Shown here: positions 30,059-40,432 of the stretch, in pieces
How the letters are laid out: every line of letters starts with the position of its first letter
Position numbering within the stretch: the first letter of the stretch is position 1
DNA from: Frischella perrara
Lineage (GTDB): Bacteria; Pseudomonadota; Gammaproteobacteria; Enterobacterales; Orbaceae
Reading direction: 5' to 3'
Assembly (NCBI RefSeq): GCF_000807275.1
Contig: NZ_CP009056.1
Coordinates: 991,192 to 1,055,191, forward strand
Length of the DNA: 64,000 bases
Notes under the pieces: generated by a model
What the model was told of the DNA's origin: nothing
The model's input: the letters and a program-made list of their open reading frames with translations, nothing else
Database searches by the model: none
Made by a program: the position numbers and the translations under genes

Positions 30059-31474
30059 ATGGCTAAGCAGATCAAAGTAATAAGCTGTCCCAATTGTGGC
30101 AGTGTACAAAAAACGGAAATAAAACCAGAGCATTATCGATGTGACAACTGTAATACAGAATATTTTTTAGATAATGATGATATAAACGTTAATGTCAACT
30201 ATGAAAGTAATTCAGGAGAATTTGCTAATTTCCTAAATGCAAATGGAAAATTAATTTTAATGATTGTAGGAGTGATAGCAGGGATTAGTCTAGTTGGTGT
30301 TATTACTTCAAATTTATTTAAATCTGACTCTAGAACAAAAAATTACTATAATAGTCAAACAACTTCCATTAGTACTCCAGTAAAATCAACCGTAACAGAG
30401 CCTAAAAAGAAAACATTTACGGTAAATTACCATTATCATTCATTAGTTTCTAAGGGAGATAAGGCATATATTATCAGTATAGTTCAACGTGATTATGATG
30501 ATTATAAAGAGAAAAACAAATATTATTTTATTATTCATGATCTTCTAACTAATAAAATTATAAAAGAAGAAGAAATCAAAGAGCTAGAAGCTGATAAATA
30601 TAAAGCAAAAAATGATTGGGATTTCCACGATTTTAGTCAAACCAAAACCTATCTTGTGGTTAATAAAAAATATGTCTTTTTAATAGACAAAAGTAATTTT
30701 AATTTAACTAATGTAACTTCATCATTATTGAATAGTTTTCCTCAATACAATACAGGTCTTGCATCAATAAAAATTGATGAAACGCAAGGATCAGGAGAAA
30801 AGGTTTTCCGCATATTAACCGATGATGGTCAAAAAATTTATTATTACCCAATTTATGATAAGGCACTTCCTGACAATAATGATTTTTATATGACTAAAAA
30901 AGACTTTATAAAACAAAATAAAGATACAAGTGAGCATATTGCTTTTGCATTTAGTAATGATCCTTATGGACAATACAATCCTAAGTTAATTAAATTTAAA
31001 TTTACTAATAGTATGGGTAAAAATTATTATACCATTACCACATCTACAGTTGGCGAACATCCATTAGATGGTTCACCTGCTTTTACCGATGATGCCAATG
31101 CCTATTGGTTTGATACTCCTCGTAGGAATGAATCTAATGAAATTATTTCCCATCAAAATTTAACGCCAAATCGTTTATATTTTAATCCGGGAATTATTTA
31201 TGCAGATGATCCTGTAATAAGTAAAGATCCTGCATTAATTATTAAAACTAAAAAAAGTGCAAGTCCAGATGCAAACTATAATTATCAGCGAATAGATATT
31301 AATTCGGGCAAGGTAATTTGGACAATATCTGAAGACAAATTCAAAATTAAAAATATTTATCGTTTTAATAATAATTTTATTTTTGAGCAATCTTCTGATA
31401 AATATGGAATCATTACTCCAGATGGAACAATTAAACAAGAAATAACATTAAGTAAAGAAAGTAAAGAAAAATAA
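30059..31474 (+). CDS. Hypothetical membrane protein: N-terminal CxxC...CxxC zinc ribbon, one TM helix, and a ~380-aa extracytoplasmic domain. Likely partner of the downstream SPFH protein (B. subtilis YdjG-like arrangement).
   Basis: 471 aa. SCPNCGS...RCDNCNT zinc ribbon. One hydrophobic helix (LILMIVGVIAGISLVGVITSNLF). No recognisable enzymatic motif. A 19-bp gap to the next gene. Confidence 0.5.
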   Translation: MAKQIKVISCPNCGSVQKTEIKPEHYRCDNCNTEYFLDNDDINVNVNYESNSGEFANFLNANGKLILMIVGVIAGISLVGVITSNLFKSDSRTKNYYNSQTTSISTPVKSTVTEPKKKTFTVNYHYHSLVSKGDKAYIISIVQRDYDDYKEKNKYYFIIHDLLTNKIIKEEEIKELEADKYKAKNDWDFHDFSQTKTYLVVNKKYVFLIDKSNFNLTNVTSSLLNSFPQYNTGLASIKIDETQGSGEKVFRILTDDGQKIYYYPIYDKALPDNNDFYMTKKDFIKQNKDTSEHIAFAFSNDPYGQYNPKLIKFKFTNSMGKNYYTITTSTVGEHPLDGSPAFTDDANAYWFDTPRRNESNEIISHQNLTPNRLYFNPGIIYADDPVISKDPALIIKTKKSASPDANYNYQRIDINSGKVIWTISEDKFKIKNIYRFNNNFIFEQSSDKYGIITPDGTIKQEITLSKESKEK

Positions 31475-31493
31475 CGAATATAAGGAATATTAT

Positions 31494-32507
31494 ATGGTCT
31501 TCGGTAGCTTTTTTAAAAGACAGTTAAGAACAATTATTGAGTGGAAAAATCAAGATCCTGATATATTGTTTTATGAATTTCCTTCACCAACTGATGAGAT
31601 TAAAAATGCGAGTAAATTAATTGTCAATCCAGGACAAGGGTGTATTTTGGTTTATAAAGGTGAAGTTATTGATGTCCTAACTAATTCGGGAACCTATGAA
31701 CTTAACACTTCAAATCATCCATTTGTGACTAATTTTATTAAAATACTACAAAGTTTTGAAAGTGAACATAAAATGCATGTTTACTTTTTCCGTATGGCAA
31801 ATTTAGTCAATCAAAAATGGGGAACATCAACACCAATTAAATATATTGATAGTGCGTATCAATTTCCAATCGAACTAGGTGCTTATGGGACATATGCTAT
31901 CAAAATAGAAGATGCGAGATTCTTTTTTAAAGAGATTGTTGGATCTCGTTCAATGTATACGGCGAAAGATCTTTGTAATTTGATGATATCACGTGTAATT
32001 CCAGTCATTACGTCACAACTGGCAGGTGACGGCTATTCGTATAAAACTATCGATTCGCAATTAATTAATTTATCTCAACAAATTAAAAATACTCTTCAAG
32101 CAACATTTTCAAAATTAGGATTAGTCTTAGATGATTTCCAGATTGAAGCCACTTTATTTAGCCAAGACACATTAGAACGTATAAATAAAATAGCTGATTC
32201 ACGTACTGATGCTATAGCAGCGCAGGAAGTAGGCTTAGATTATGTTCAACATGAAAAAATCAAAGCCTTACGTGATGCTGCTCAGAATGAGGGCGGGCTT
32301 GCAAGTGCTGGGCTACAATTAGGTGCAGGTTTTGAATTAGCTAAATCCTTTGATTTAAATCCGAAAAGTAATGAAAGTGAATCGGCTAAAACAAATAATA
32401 ATGATGTTGTTAATCAACTCAAACAGTTGAAAGCTCTTTTAGATGATGGAATCTTAACGCAAGATGAATTCAATATGAAAAAGGCACAACTACTTGATAA
32501 ATTGTAA
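31494..32507 (+). CDS. SPFH/Band-7 family protein (Band_7_1 type, flotillin-like, YdjI-like) with a C-terminal SHOCT domain
   Basis: 337 aa. N-terminal MVFGSFFKRQL.TIIEW...D.LFYEFP...EIKN.SKLIV.PGQ...VYKGEVIDV...GTYEL matches the Band_7_1 signature. C-terminal LKQLKALLDDGILTQDEFNMKKAQLL is a SHOCT motif. Confidence 0.7.
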   Translation: MVFGSFFKRQLRTIIEWKNQDPDILFYEFPSPTDEIKNASKLIVNPGQGCILVYKGEVIDVLTNSGTYELNTSNHPFVTNFIKILQSFESEHKMHVYFFRMANLVNQKWGTSTPIKYIDSAYQFPIELGAYGTYAIKIEDARFFFKEIVGSRSMYTAKDLCNLMISRVIPVITSQLAGDGYSYKTIDSQLINLSQQIKNTLQATFSKLGLVLDDFQIEATLFSQDTLERINKIADSRTDAIAAQEVGLDYVQHEKIKALRDAAQNEGGLASAGLQLGAGFELAKSFDLNPKSNESESAKTNNNDVVNQLKQLKALLDDGILTQDEFNMKKAQLLDKL

Positions 32508-32543
32508 ATATAATTTCACTTATAAATTAATACTGTAATAAAA

Positions 32544-32578
32544 TTAGCACTTGCATAAAAGTGCTAATTATTTTTGCT
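32544..32578 (+). terminator. Rho-independent terminator after the SPFH gene
   Basis: ttagcactt-gcataa-aagtgctaa followed by ttatttttg. Confidence 0.7.
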
Positions 32579-33182
32579 AACGTTACCGTTGAAGCTTTAT
32601 TTATTTATTTCTTTATTGAATCAGACTGTCCTAATGCTATAAATTTTTTATAAATATCTTCAAAATTACTTAACTCTATAATTTTATATTTTCCTTCGTT
32701 ATGTTTGTATAACAATGCCCACCAATGAAGATTAGAATTACTATTTTGTATTTTATAAAGAGATCAATTCTCTTGAAAATATTGATGACGTTAAAACACG
32801 ATGAATCGAATTGATTTTAAACTTCGTGAAGCTGATTTATTACCGATAAAAAGTGAAATTTAAACCTAATTTCATATTTTATTTAGCCGAATTGGTATCA
32901 TTTTTCATATCGGGAAATAATTAAACCAAAAGAAATCAATTCATTTTGTATTTTAAATATCATCTAAGTAAAAAAGTATTATTGAAGAAGTAAACAAAAC
33001 TCACCAAAATTCTTTATGATTAATAATAGCTTTAACAGATAATATTGAAACTATACGTTTTTAACGTGGAGTAATTACTTCATTTAACTATTAAACACAT
33101 TTTAAGTGCCATGAGTATTAAGCAACTAAGCTTGTCCATTATGCTATTATTTAAACCATAATGGAAAGCCTTGTTTTGTTTA

Positions 33183-35315
33183 TTAGAACTTAATACTACC
33201 ACTAACAACTGCATGAAATTTGGCTGCCGGAATACTTTCATGGGCTGTTTGATAATGCTTATTAAATATATTATTGAGGTCTACACCTAAGCTGTATTGC
33301 CGTTTATCACCAAATTCTGCAAATAAATTAAGATTAACTGCTGACCATCCATTGTATTCATAGCGAGTATTATCACTTCGTTTTTTGGATTTAGAAGCAA
33401 AGCGCATATATATATCACTACTTAAATCAAATGATGAAAAGAAATGAGTATTTCGTAAACCAACACGACCATTAATCATTGGAGTATTAGATGAATAGGT
33501 CTTATAGTTAGGTGTTTCAAGTTTGCGTCGCATAAAGTTAGTGTTAAGGTAGGGTATAACATCCCACTGATTATATTCTATGGTTATTTCTGAACCGTAG
33601 GTCTTGGCTTTATTAGCATTATTATAATAGACATTATACTTGCTACCACGGCTTCCATTACATACTGACTCTCCATTACATATCATCTCAGTAATGTAAT
33701 TTCTGGCAGAAGAATAAAAAATAGCGGTATCAATTATCCAGTTGTCACTACTATGTCGAAGACCTATCTCAAAATTATTTGATTTTTCTGCTTTTAAATG
33801 AGGGTTACCATAAATAGTTTGAGACGCCGCAGATGTTACAGCATACAAATGTGTGAGAGTTGGATAAACATAACCTTGAGCAAAGGATGCACGAAAAATA
33901 TTATTATCATCTACCTCATAAGTCATTCCACTGGAAATTACTAATGTATTATCATGTACTTGCTTTCTCTTATCCTTAGAATTGATTACAGAATTTGGTC
34001 TTTGTCCTGCTGGGTAAATTTGAGTAGTTTTAGAGGTACCAGAAAGGACTTTCGATTCTAGCCAATATTTACGTAATCCTAGGTTCCAAACTAATTTATC
34101 GTTAATTTTCCATTCATTTTGTCCAAATAATGAAATGCTAGATTGCTGCCATTGGTTACGTGAATTAACATCTTTTTGATAACTAGGTATAATTCTTGAC
34201 GTAAAATCTACATGCTTATGCGAATTTTGTTTAACTTTGTCTTGTAAATATTGCGCTCCAGTTACCAATTTCACATGGTCATTAAACTGGAAATCAGTCT
34301 GTAAATTGATACCTTGCGAATGTTGTTGATCATTTGTATTGGTTTTTATATGGTTGTTTATTCTTGGATTAGGTTCAATAACTAAATCGTTACGAAATTG
34401 TCGAGCTATTTTTTGATTGTATACATCAAAATGAATATTCTTAATTATATGATTATCTGTTACATAATCATAAAATAAACCAATCTTTTGACGTTCAACA
34501 CGGGGTAATTTAACCAAAAACGATTTTAATTCAGATGAACTATCATTATTATTATAAGTTTGTGTATGTAGTTTATAAGACTCTAATGCTAATCCAAAAC
34601 TATGTTGATTAAAATGATAACCAAACCAACTACTTAAGCCTTTGTTGCCAAAATCAGTATTTTTCAAACGTCCTTCAGGTGTTCGTTTATCACCGTAATC
34701 ACTGTAATTGCCACTTATACGATAACTAAAATTATCTAATGTTCCATAAGCAGCCCCCAATTGAGTAAAACCGCTTGAGGAACCATCATAAATAGATTTT
34801 AAATGACCTGAAAATGCTTGCTTATCTGAACTTCCTTTTTTAGTAATGAAGTTTATAACCCCACCTATTGCTTGCGAGCCATATAACACAGAGTGGGGAC
34901 CTTTAATAACTTCAATACGTTCAATTGAATCAGGGTCAATAAGTAATCCTGCTCCGGAACCGTGCCCTGAACGCTGATAACTCACTTCTTGCCCGTCAAC
35001 TAACATTAAAACATGAGAAGGGGATTCGCCTCTAATAATTATTTGTTTACGTCCCGCCGTTGCATTATCGTAGATTTCAATGCCCGGAATATCTCTTAAT
35101 GCTTCACCTATTGAATCACTGTTATTTCGTTCTAGTGTTTCACGATCTAAAACATAGGCAGAAACTGAACTATCCCAAATTCTTTTCTCTGTTCGAGTTC
35201 CGGTTACAACTAAAGTATCTGTATTATTATCGGCTTGAGCATGATTAACTAAGGATAATAGTACACAAGAACCATATAAAATGGTGGTATTAATTTTTAT
35301 TGCAATTTTCATCAT
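33183..35315 (-). CDS. TonB-dependent outer membrane receptor (haem/haemophore or siderophore type)
   Basis: 710 aa. Signal peptide, TonB box DTLVVTGTR, plug domain (GQEVSYQR...IEVIKGP), and a C-terminal beta-barrel ending with an aromatic residue (F). Confidence 0.8.
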   Translation of the reverse strand: MMKIAIKINTTILYGSCVLLSLVNHAQADNNTDTLVVTGTRTEKRIWDSSVSAYVLDRETLERNNSDSIGEALRDIPGIEIYDNATAGRKQIIIRGESPSHVLMLVDGQEVSYQRSGHGSGAGLLIDPDSIERIEVIKGPHSVLYGSQAIGGVINFITKKGSSDKQAFSGHLKSIYDGSSSGFTQLGAAYGTLDNFSYRISGNYSDYGDKRTPEGRLKNTDFGNKGLSSWFGYHFNQHSFGLALESYKLHTQTYNNNDSSSELKSFLVKLPRVERQKIGLFYDYVTDNHIIKNIHFDVYNQKIARQFRNDLVIEPNPRINNHIKTNTNDQQHSQGINLQTDFQFNDHVKLVTGAQYLQDKVKQNSHKHVDFTSRIIPSYQKDVNSRNQWQQSSISLFGQNEWKINDKLVWNLGLRKYWLESKVLSGTSKTTQIYPAGQRPNSVINSKDKRKQVHDNTLVISSGMTYEVDDNNIFRASFAQGYVYPTLTHLYAVTSAASQTIYGNPHLKAEKSNNFEIGLRHSSDNWIIDTAIFYSSARNYITEMICNGESVCNGSRGSKYNVYYNNANKAKTYGSEITIEYNQWDVIPYLNTNFMRRKLETPNYKTYSSNTPMINGRVGLRNTHFFSSFDLSSDIYMRFASKSKKRSDNTRYEYNGWSAVNLNLFAEFGDKRQYSLGVDLNNIFNKHYQTAHESIPAAKFHAVVSGSIKF

Positions 35316-35324
35316 TTTTATTAA

Positions 35325-35360
35325 TTAAGATCAATTCTTGCACCATTAAATTGATCTTAA
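35325..35360 (-). promoter_or_regulatory. Intercistronic 11-bp perfect inverted repeat between the two TonB-dependent receptor genes (attenuator/processing hairpin)
   Basis: ttaagatcaat-N14-attgatcttaa in the 58-bp gap. Confidence 0.4.
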
Positions 35361-35373
35361 TTATCCCAAATTT

Positions 35374-37677
35374 TTAGAAATCAATATCTAAACCTAATTG
35401 AAAGCTTCGGCCTGGTGCTGTAAATAAGTTAATATATTTACGATTTGAGTTTTCATACAATTTATTATTACTTAAATAGTCCCAATATTTATGATTGGTT
35501 AAATTATAAATTCCTCCACTTACTTTTATGTTTTTGGTGAAATTATAGTATCCAGTTAAATCAATAATGCCATAACCAGGAACTTTGAAATATTCTTCAT
35601 TTGAATTGGTAATAGGTTGACCTTGGTTATTGTAATTTTCACGATTTGTTGATTTTGCTTTTTTAGATTTTTGTAGTGTTGAGGTTAATGAAAGCCCATA
35701 GATTCTATTAGGGTCATCCCAGCTTATACCTATTACACTTTTTAATGGTGCAATTGTATCGATATCAACATCCTTATCACCTAAATAGTTAGATTTTGAT
35801 TTTCCTTGACTGTAACCAATCGCGAAATTTGCTGACAATCCATTTAATGAATCAAACCATGTGCCAAAGTTAAATTGGCTACTTAGTTCAGCACCATAAA
35901 TATAGGCTTTATCACGATTTTCCGCTTCATAAATCAATCGATTTCCTGTCCCTGGAATATTTTTAGTGTAACGAGTATAGGCAATAAAATCTTTATACTT
36001 GTTATAAAATATAGATGAGGATAGTTGAATACCGTAAGTCGGTTGACCTTTTATACCCAGTTCAAAGTTATTGCTGGTTTCAGTATTAAGATTAGAATTA
36101 CCCAATAATGCATAAAGATTACTATGTGCCATATAAGAACCATAAAGTTGGTTTTGATTAGGCATTTGTGCACCGCGTTTATATTGTAAATAGGCAGTAA
36201 AGTTTGGGTTGATATCATACATAAAAGCTAATGATGGTAAGAGTTGGAAATCGCTATTGCTTTTATATTGTCGACCTAATTGAGATGTATTTATACTAGA
36301 TACTGCCATATTTTCTAAGTCCCGAGGTTTGGTATTTTGATAAATGGCTTTGATTCCAGGAACTAAATAGAATTTATTCTCACTTTGATAATTAAAGACT
36401 ATACGATCTTCAAAAAATGCACTTAACTGATAACTACGACTATCTGCTTGAGGTTTACTATAATCACCATCAGGGAAGATGCCAGGATAAAGTGATTTTG
36501 CAGATGTATAGAAAGGTGATTCATCTTCACTCCATTTACCATTAACGCCCGCTGTGATTTTTTGATTTTGTACTTGTTTAAGTAATGTTGATGATAAACT
36601 ATAGCTTTTAGTATTGTAGTGGGTTTGTATATTGAATTTACCATCGCGGATACTATTAAGATCAGTCTTGTCGTAGACTTTTGTTTGTTGATAGTTAAAC
36701 TGTGTAATTACGCTATCAATCCAACTAATATATTCGGGCTGCCATTGATCTTTAATCATCATACTTAAGCGATTATTTTTATTCTTTTGATGATCATAGG
36801 AACTAATTTGCTGACCTTTTTTATCCCATGTATCATAGTGCGAGTGTTTTGTTTTATTATTATAATCGACATTTGCATGAATCAAATGTTCTTCTGTTGC
36901 CTGCCAACCAATACCCGCTAAAATGGAATTTGAGTGCCAATTTTCTGGATAAGCGCTAATGGAATCGCCATGATTACGAGTTTGCTGACCATCGCGTCGA
37001 CTCAATACTAAAATACCATTTAATTGATCATCACCAACTGCCATAGTCAAACCTTGGTGAAAACTTCTGTCAGCATTATCATAGCCGTTTTGATAACCAA
37101 AATACTCAGTTTTACCCGGATAGAGATAGTAACTTGCAAATTTGGTTTTAAATGAGACTGATCCTCCCAAGGCATTGTTTGTATTGCCTACCGAAGTAGC
37201 ACCAGATTCTATATCAATTTTGTTGTACATATAAGGATCGATATAATCACGTCCGATGGCGTAAGTACCGAAACCTGCTCGACCAACTGAATTAAATCGT
37301 CTCTGTGCAATAGGTAAAGACATGCCATCAATATCAATAGATACACGATTAGCATCTAATCCTCGAATGTTATACCCTGTAAATCCGCCACGATCCCAAC
37401 TACTTTTACCGCTACCGGAACCAGAAATATTACCCGGTGCCGAAATTAATGGTTGATATCGCATAATATTGCCGAAATTCGTACCACCATTTTTCCGAAT
37501 ATCTTGTTCGGAAATTTCTTGTTTTGAACCCGGATTTTTATATGTTTCATATGATGTAACCGTTATGACATCTTCCACTTGTTGTTCTTGACTTTTTTCG
37601 GAAGACACAGCAGTGAGAGAAAATGTTAAACCGACAGCTAACGTTACAGATTTTTTGATATGGGTGATATTGAACAT
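35374..37677 (-). CDS. TonB-dependent haem/haemoglobin receptor family protein (ChuA/HmuR/HgbA-like)
   Basis: 767 aa. Signal peptide and TonB box (DVITVTSYE). FRAP-like (FTAPGRSF) and NPNL-like (NPNF) boxes typical of haem receptors. Ends in F. Confidence 0.8.
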   Translation of the reverse strand: MFNITHIKKSVTLAVGLTFSLTAVSSEKSQEQQVEDVITVTSYETYKNPGSKQEISEQDIRKNGGTNFGNIMRYQPLISAPGNISGSGSGKSSWDRGGFTGYNIRGLDANRVSIDIDGMSLPIAQRRFNSVGRAGFGTYAIGRDYIDPYMYNKIDIESGATSVGNTNNALGGSVSFKTKFASYYLYPGKTEYFGYQNGYDNADRSFHQGLTMAVGDDQLNGILVLSRRDGQQTRNHGDSISAYPENWHSNSILAGIGWQATEEHLIHANVDYNNKTKHSHYDTWDKKGQQISSYDHQKNKNNRLSMMIKDQWQPEYISWIDSVITQFNYQQTKVYDKTDLNSIRDGKFNIQTHYNTKSYSLSSTLLKQVQNQKITAGVNGKWSEDESPFYTSAKSLYPGIFPDGDYSKPQADSRSYQLSAFFEDRIVFNYQSENKFYLVPGIKAIYQNTKPRDLENMAVSSINTSQLGRQYKSNSDFQLLPSLAFMYDINPNFTAYLQYKRGAQMPNQNQLYGSYMAHSNLYALLGNSNLNTETSNNFELGIKGQPTYGIQLSSSIFYNKYKDFIAYTRYTKNIPGTGNRLIYEAENRDKAYIYGAELSSQFNFGTWFDSLNGLSANFAIGYSQGKSKSNYLGDKDVDIDTIAPLKSVIGISWDDPNRIYGLSLTSTLQKSKKAKSTNRENYNNQGQPITNSNEEYFKVPGYGIIDLTGYYNFTKNIKVSGGIYNLTNHKYWDYLSNNKLYENSNRKYINLFTAPGRSFQLGLDIDF

Positions 37678-37846
37678 TGTTATCCTTTCTTAAAATAATA
37701 ATTTGCTAAAATCATTAATATTGCTCAATAATTAGTTAATAAAATCCAGTGTATAACCATTTATTGAGCACATCTTTGGTTTGTACTTATTTTCAATTTT
37801 GGTTTATTAAGCTCAATAACTTCGATGAGTCATTTTTCAATGACAT

Positions 37847-38698
37847 TTACTTTTCAGGGTAAAAACCAGAATAAAGAGTATCAACCGCTTGAGTTACTCT
37901 AGGACCTAACCCTAAAAGATAAGCTTGATCAATAGTAATAATTCGGCGATTTTTCCATGCTTGTGTTTGGGTTAATCCGGGAATGGAAGATAATTTATCT
38001 AATCCACCAAGATGTTCAACTGATTGACTTGTTAAAATAATTGCTTCAGGATTACTTGCAATGAGAGATTCAGCTGAATAACTTTTATAACTTGTATGAG
38101 TTGCGATGTTTTCTCCACCGGCAATTGTAATGATTGCATCGGCAACTGTATTTTTACCAGCAATTGTGTTACTTCCACCCATGCTCAATAAAAATAAAAC
38201 TTTTATCTTTTGAGGTTGTTTAGCTATCTTTTGCTGAATTTCGGTTAAGTGATTTCGGATTTGATTAACCAGTTGTTTAGCGGCTAATTCTTTATTTAAT
38301 TTAAATCCAATTTTTTCGATATTCTGATATAACAGTTCTGGAGTGGCAGGTACACGCTGTAAAGCGAGTACATCTACTTTAGCTTTACTGACTTGTTCTA
38401 AAATATCATTTGGTTCTGCATCAATCCACGTTATGAATAGACTAGGGGTAAGTGACAAAATTCCCTCTATATTAAGTAATTTCCAATAACCAATTTGAGG
38501 GAGTTTTTTTACCTCTGCAGGATAACTACTAGTCTGATCAACGCCAACAATTTGTTCGCCTGAGCCAAGTGAATAAATAATCTCTGTTAAAGATCCACCC
38601 GCAACGACAATTCTTTCATTTGCGAAACTGTAGTTAATAAAACTCAATATCAGGCTAATAGAGAACAGGTATTTCAATAAAATAGCTTTCATTTTCAT
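37847..38698 (-). CDS. hmuT: Haemin ABC transporter periplasmic binding protein (HmuT/ChuT)
   Basis: 283 aa. Signal peptide and a class III substrate-binding protein pattern (ERIVVAGGSLTEIIYSLG...). Confidence 0.75.
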   Translation of the reverse strand: MKMKAILLKYLFSISLILSFINYSFANERIVVAGGSLTEIIYSLGSGEQIVGVDQTSSYPAEVKKLPQIGYWKLLNIEGILSLTPSLFITWIDAEPNDILEQVSKAKVDVLALQRVPATPELLYQNIEKIGFKLNKELAAKQLVNQIRNHLTEIQQKIAKQPQKIKVLFLLSMGGSNTIAGKNTVADAIITIAGGENIATHTSYKSYSAESLIASNPEAIILTSQSVEHLGGLDKLSSIPGLTQTQAWKNRRIITIDQAYLLGLGPRVTQAVDTLYSGFYPEK

Positions 38699-38747
38699 TT
38701 CTATTCCAAGTGCTAAATAATTATAAAATACTAAAGCAATATAGTGA

Positions 38748-38766
38748 AAATGATAATTATTATCAA
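38748..38766. promoter_or_regulatory. Fur box upstream of hmuT (divergent region)
   Basis: aaatgataattattatcaa matches the consensus GATAATGATAATCATTATC at most positions. About 50 bp upstream of the hmuT start. Confidence 0.5.
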
Positions 38767-38937
38767 TGGAAAACTAAAAAATTACCCTGATTATTTTATA
38801 ACTCATTGATTTTATTGATATATTCTTATAATAATTTTTGAGCCAAGAAGAAGAGTATTCGTCCTAAGAATCAAAACGCTTATCTATAGCGAGTATTAAT
38901 TTTAGTTATTAGCAAAAATAATATAAAATTTATTGCC

Positions 38938-38958
38938 AAATGATAATAATTATTATTT
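38938..38958. promoter_or_regulatory. Fur box upstream of chuW/hutW
   Basis: aaatgataataattattattt lies about 40 bp upstream of the chuW start. Confidence 0.45.
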
Positions 38959-38996
38959 AATTTCGCGATAACTATAAAATACAAGATTTTTAGCTC

Positions 38997-40421
38997 ATGA
39001 AAACATTGGATGTCTCTGCATATTTTGCAGCCAGTTCTGGATTACCTTTTAAAGATCGTTGGGCAGTGATGCCTCTACAAGCCAATTTGCCATTAGCTCC
39101 AGAAGAAATAGGGCAGCAATGGCAAAATCTTCAAAATAGCGCTTTGGTTGGTCGTAAGCGATTAATTTACATTCACATTCCTTTTTGTGATATTCATTGT
39201 CAATTTTGCGGTTTTTATCAAAATCCATTAAGAAAATTTGATACAAATACCTATGTAGATTATTTGATGCAAGAAATTGCTATGGAAATTAATAGCATTG
39301 CAATGCAGTCAGCGCCAATCCATGCTATTTATTTTGGCGGGGGAACACCAACAGCTTTAGCTGCCGGTCAATTAGCAAGAATTATCAGTTATCTAAAACA
39401 ATTTGCGCCACTTGCTCCTGATTGTGAAATTACCGTGGAAGGGCGAATATCTGATTTTGATGATGAGCGAATCGATAGCTATATTGCGGCAGGTGCCAAT
39501 CGTTTTTCAATTGGAATTCAGACCTTTAATAGCCAAATACGTCGTAGACTCGGTCGTGAAACAGATCAACAACAGATAATCCAAACTTTTGAAAATATTG
39601 CTCGACGCGACAGTGTTACGCTGGTATGCGATCTTATGTTTGGTTTACCTAATCAAACATTTGAAACATGGCAACAGGATCTTGAAATTGCTGAAAGTTT
39701 ACCGTTAGATGGTGTGGATCTTTATTCTTTAAATCTTTTACCAACCACGCCGTTAGCTAAAGGTGTTGAAAATAAACGGATAGAATTACCAACTGTGGCG
39801 GATAAGTTCCACTTTTACCAACAAGGTGCAGAATTCCTAGCTAAAAAGGGCTGGATACATCTAACTAATGCGCACTGGGCTAAAACAACGCGTGAACGCA
39901 ATCTCTATAATTTCCTCATTAAACAAGGTTCTCATTTTTTTGCATTTGGTTCTTGTGCAGGAGGAAAATTGGGTGGGCAATCTTTTATGGTTCATCGTAG
40001 TTTAGAGCAATATTATGCTTTACTAGATCAAGGTAAGAAACCGCTGATGATGTTAACGGGCAAAACGTTGTTAGGTGATTGGTTGCATCAGTTACAAGCA
40101 GGAATTGAAAAAGGGCGCATTGATTTAACACAATTAACAGAGCATATTCATTTATTCGATCCTTTGATTGAACAATGGCACAAAGTTGGCCTTTTACAAG
40201 ATACGGATCATTGTATGCGTCTCACATTATCTGGGCGTTTTTGGTCAAGTAATATTTTACAAGCACTACAACAACTTTTATTAAAATTAAATAATCCAGA
40301 ACATATTGAGCTACAAGAAAAAATGCAATTAGCAAGAAAGGCAATGCAAACGAAACATGGTCAAGGTATGCCACCAACTCATTTAAAAACACAAGCAATT
40401 AAAGTTAATTCTTCTCAATAA
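38997..40421 (+). CDS. chuW: Anaerobic haem degradation radical SAM methyltransferase ChuW/HutW
   Basis: 474 aa. Radical SAM CxxxCxxC (CDIHCQFCGF), HemN-like architecture, and context with chuX and chuY. Confidence 0.8.
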   Translation: MKTLDVSAYFAASSGLPFKDRWAVMPLQANLPLAPEEIGQQWQNLQNSALVGRKRLIYIHIPFCDIHCQFCGFYQNPLRKFDTNTYVDYLMQEIAMEINSIAMQSAPIHAIYFGGGTPTALAAGQLARIISYLKQFAPLAPDCEITVEGRISDFDDERIDSYIAAGANRFSIGIQTFNSQIRRRLGRETDQQQIIQTFENIARRDSVTLVCDLMFGLPNQTFETWQQDLEIAESLPLDGVDLYSLNLLPTTPLAKGVENKRIELPTVADKFHFYQQGAEFLAKKGWIHLTNAHWAKTTRERNLYNFLIKQGSHFFAFGSCAGGKLGGQSFMVHRSLEQYYALLDQGKKPLMMLTGKTLLGDWLHQLQAGIEKGRIDLTQLTEHIHLFDPLIEQWHKVGLLQDTDHCMRLTLSGRFWSSNILQALQQLLLKLNNPEHIELQEKMQLARKAMQTKHGQGMPPTHLKTQAIKVNSSQ

Positions 40422-40432
40422 AGGAAAGAGCT

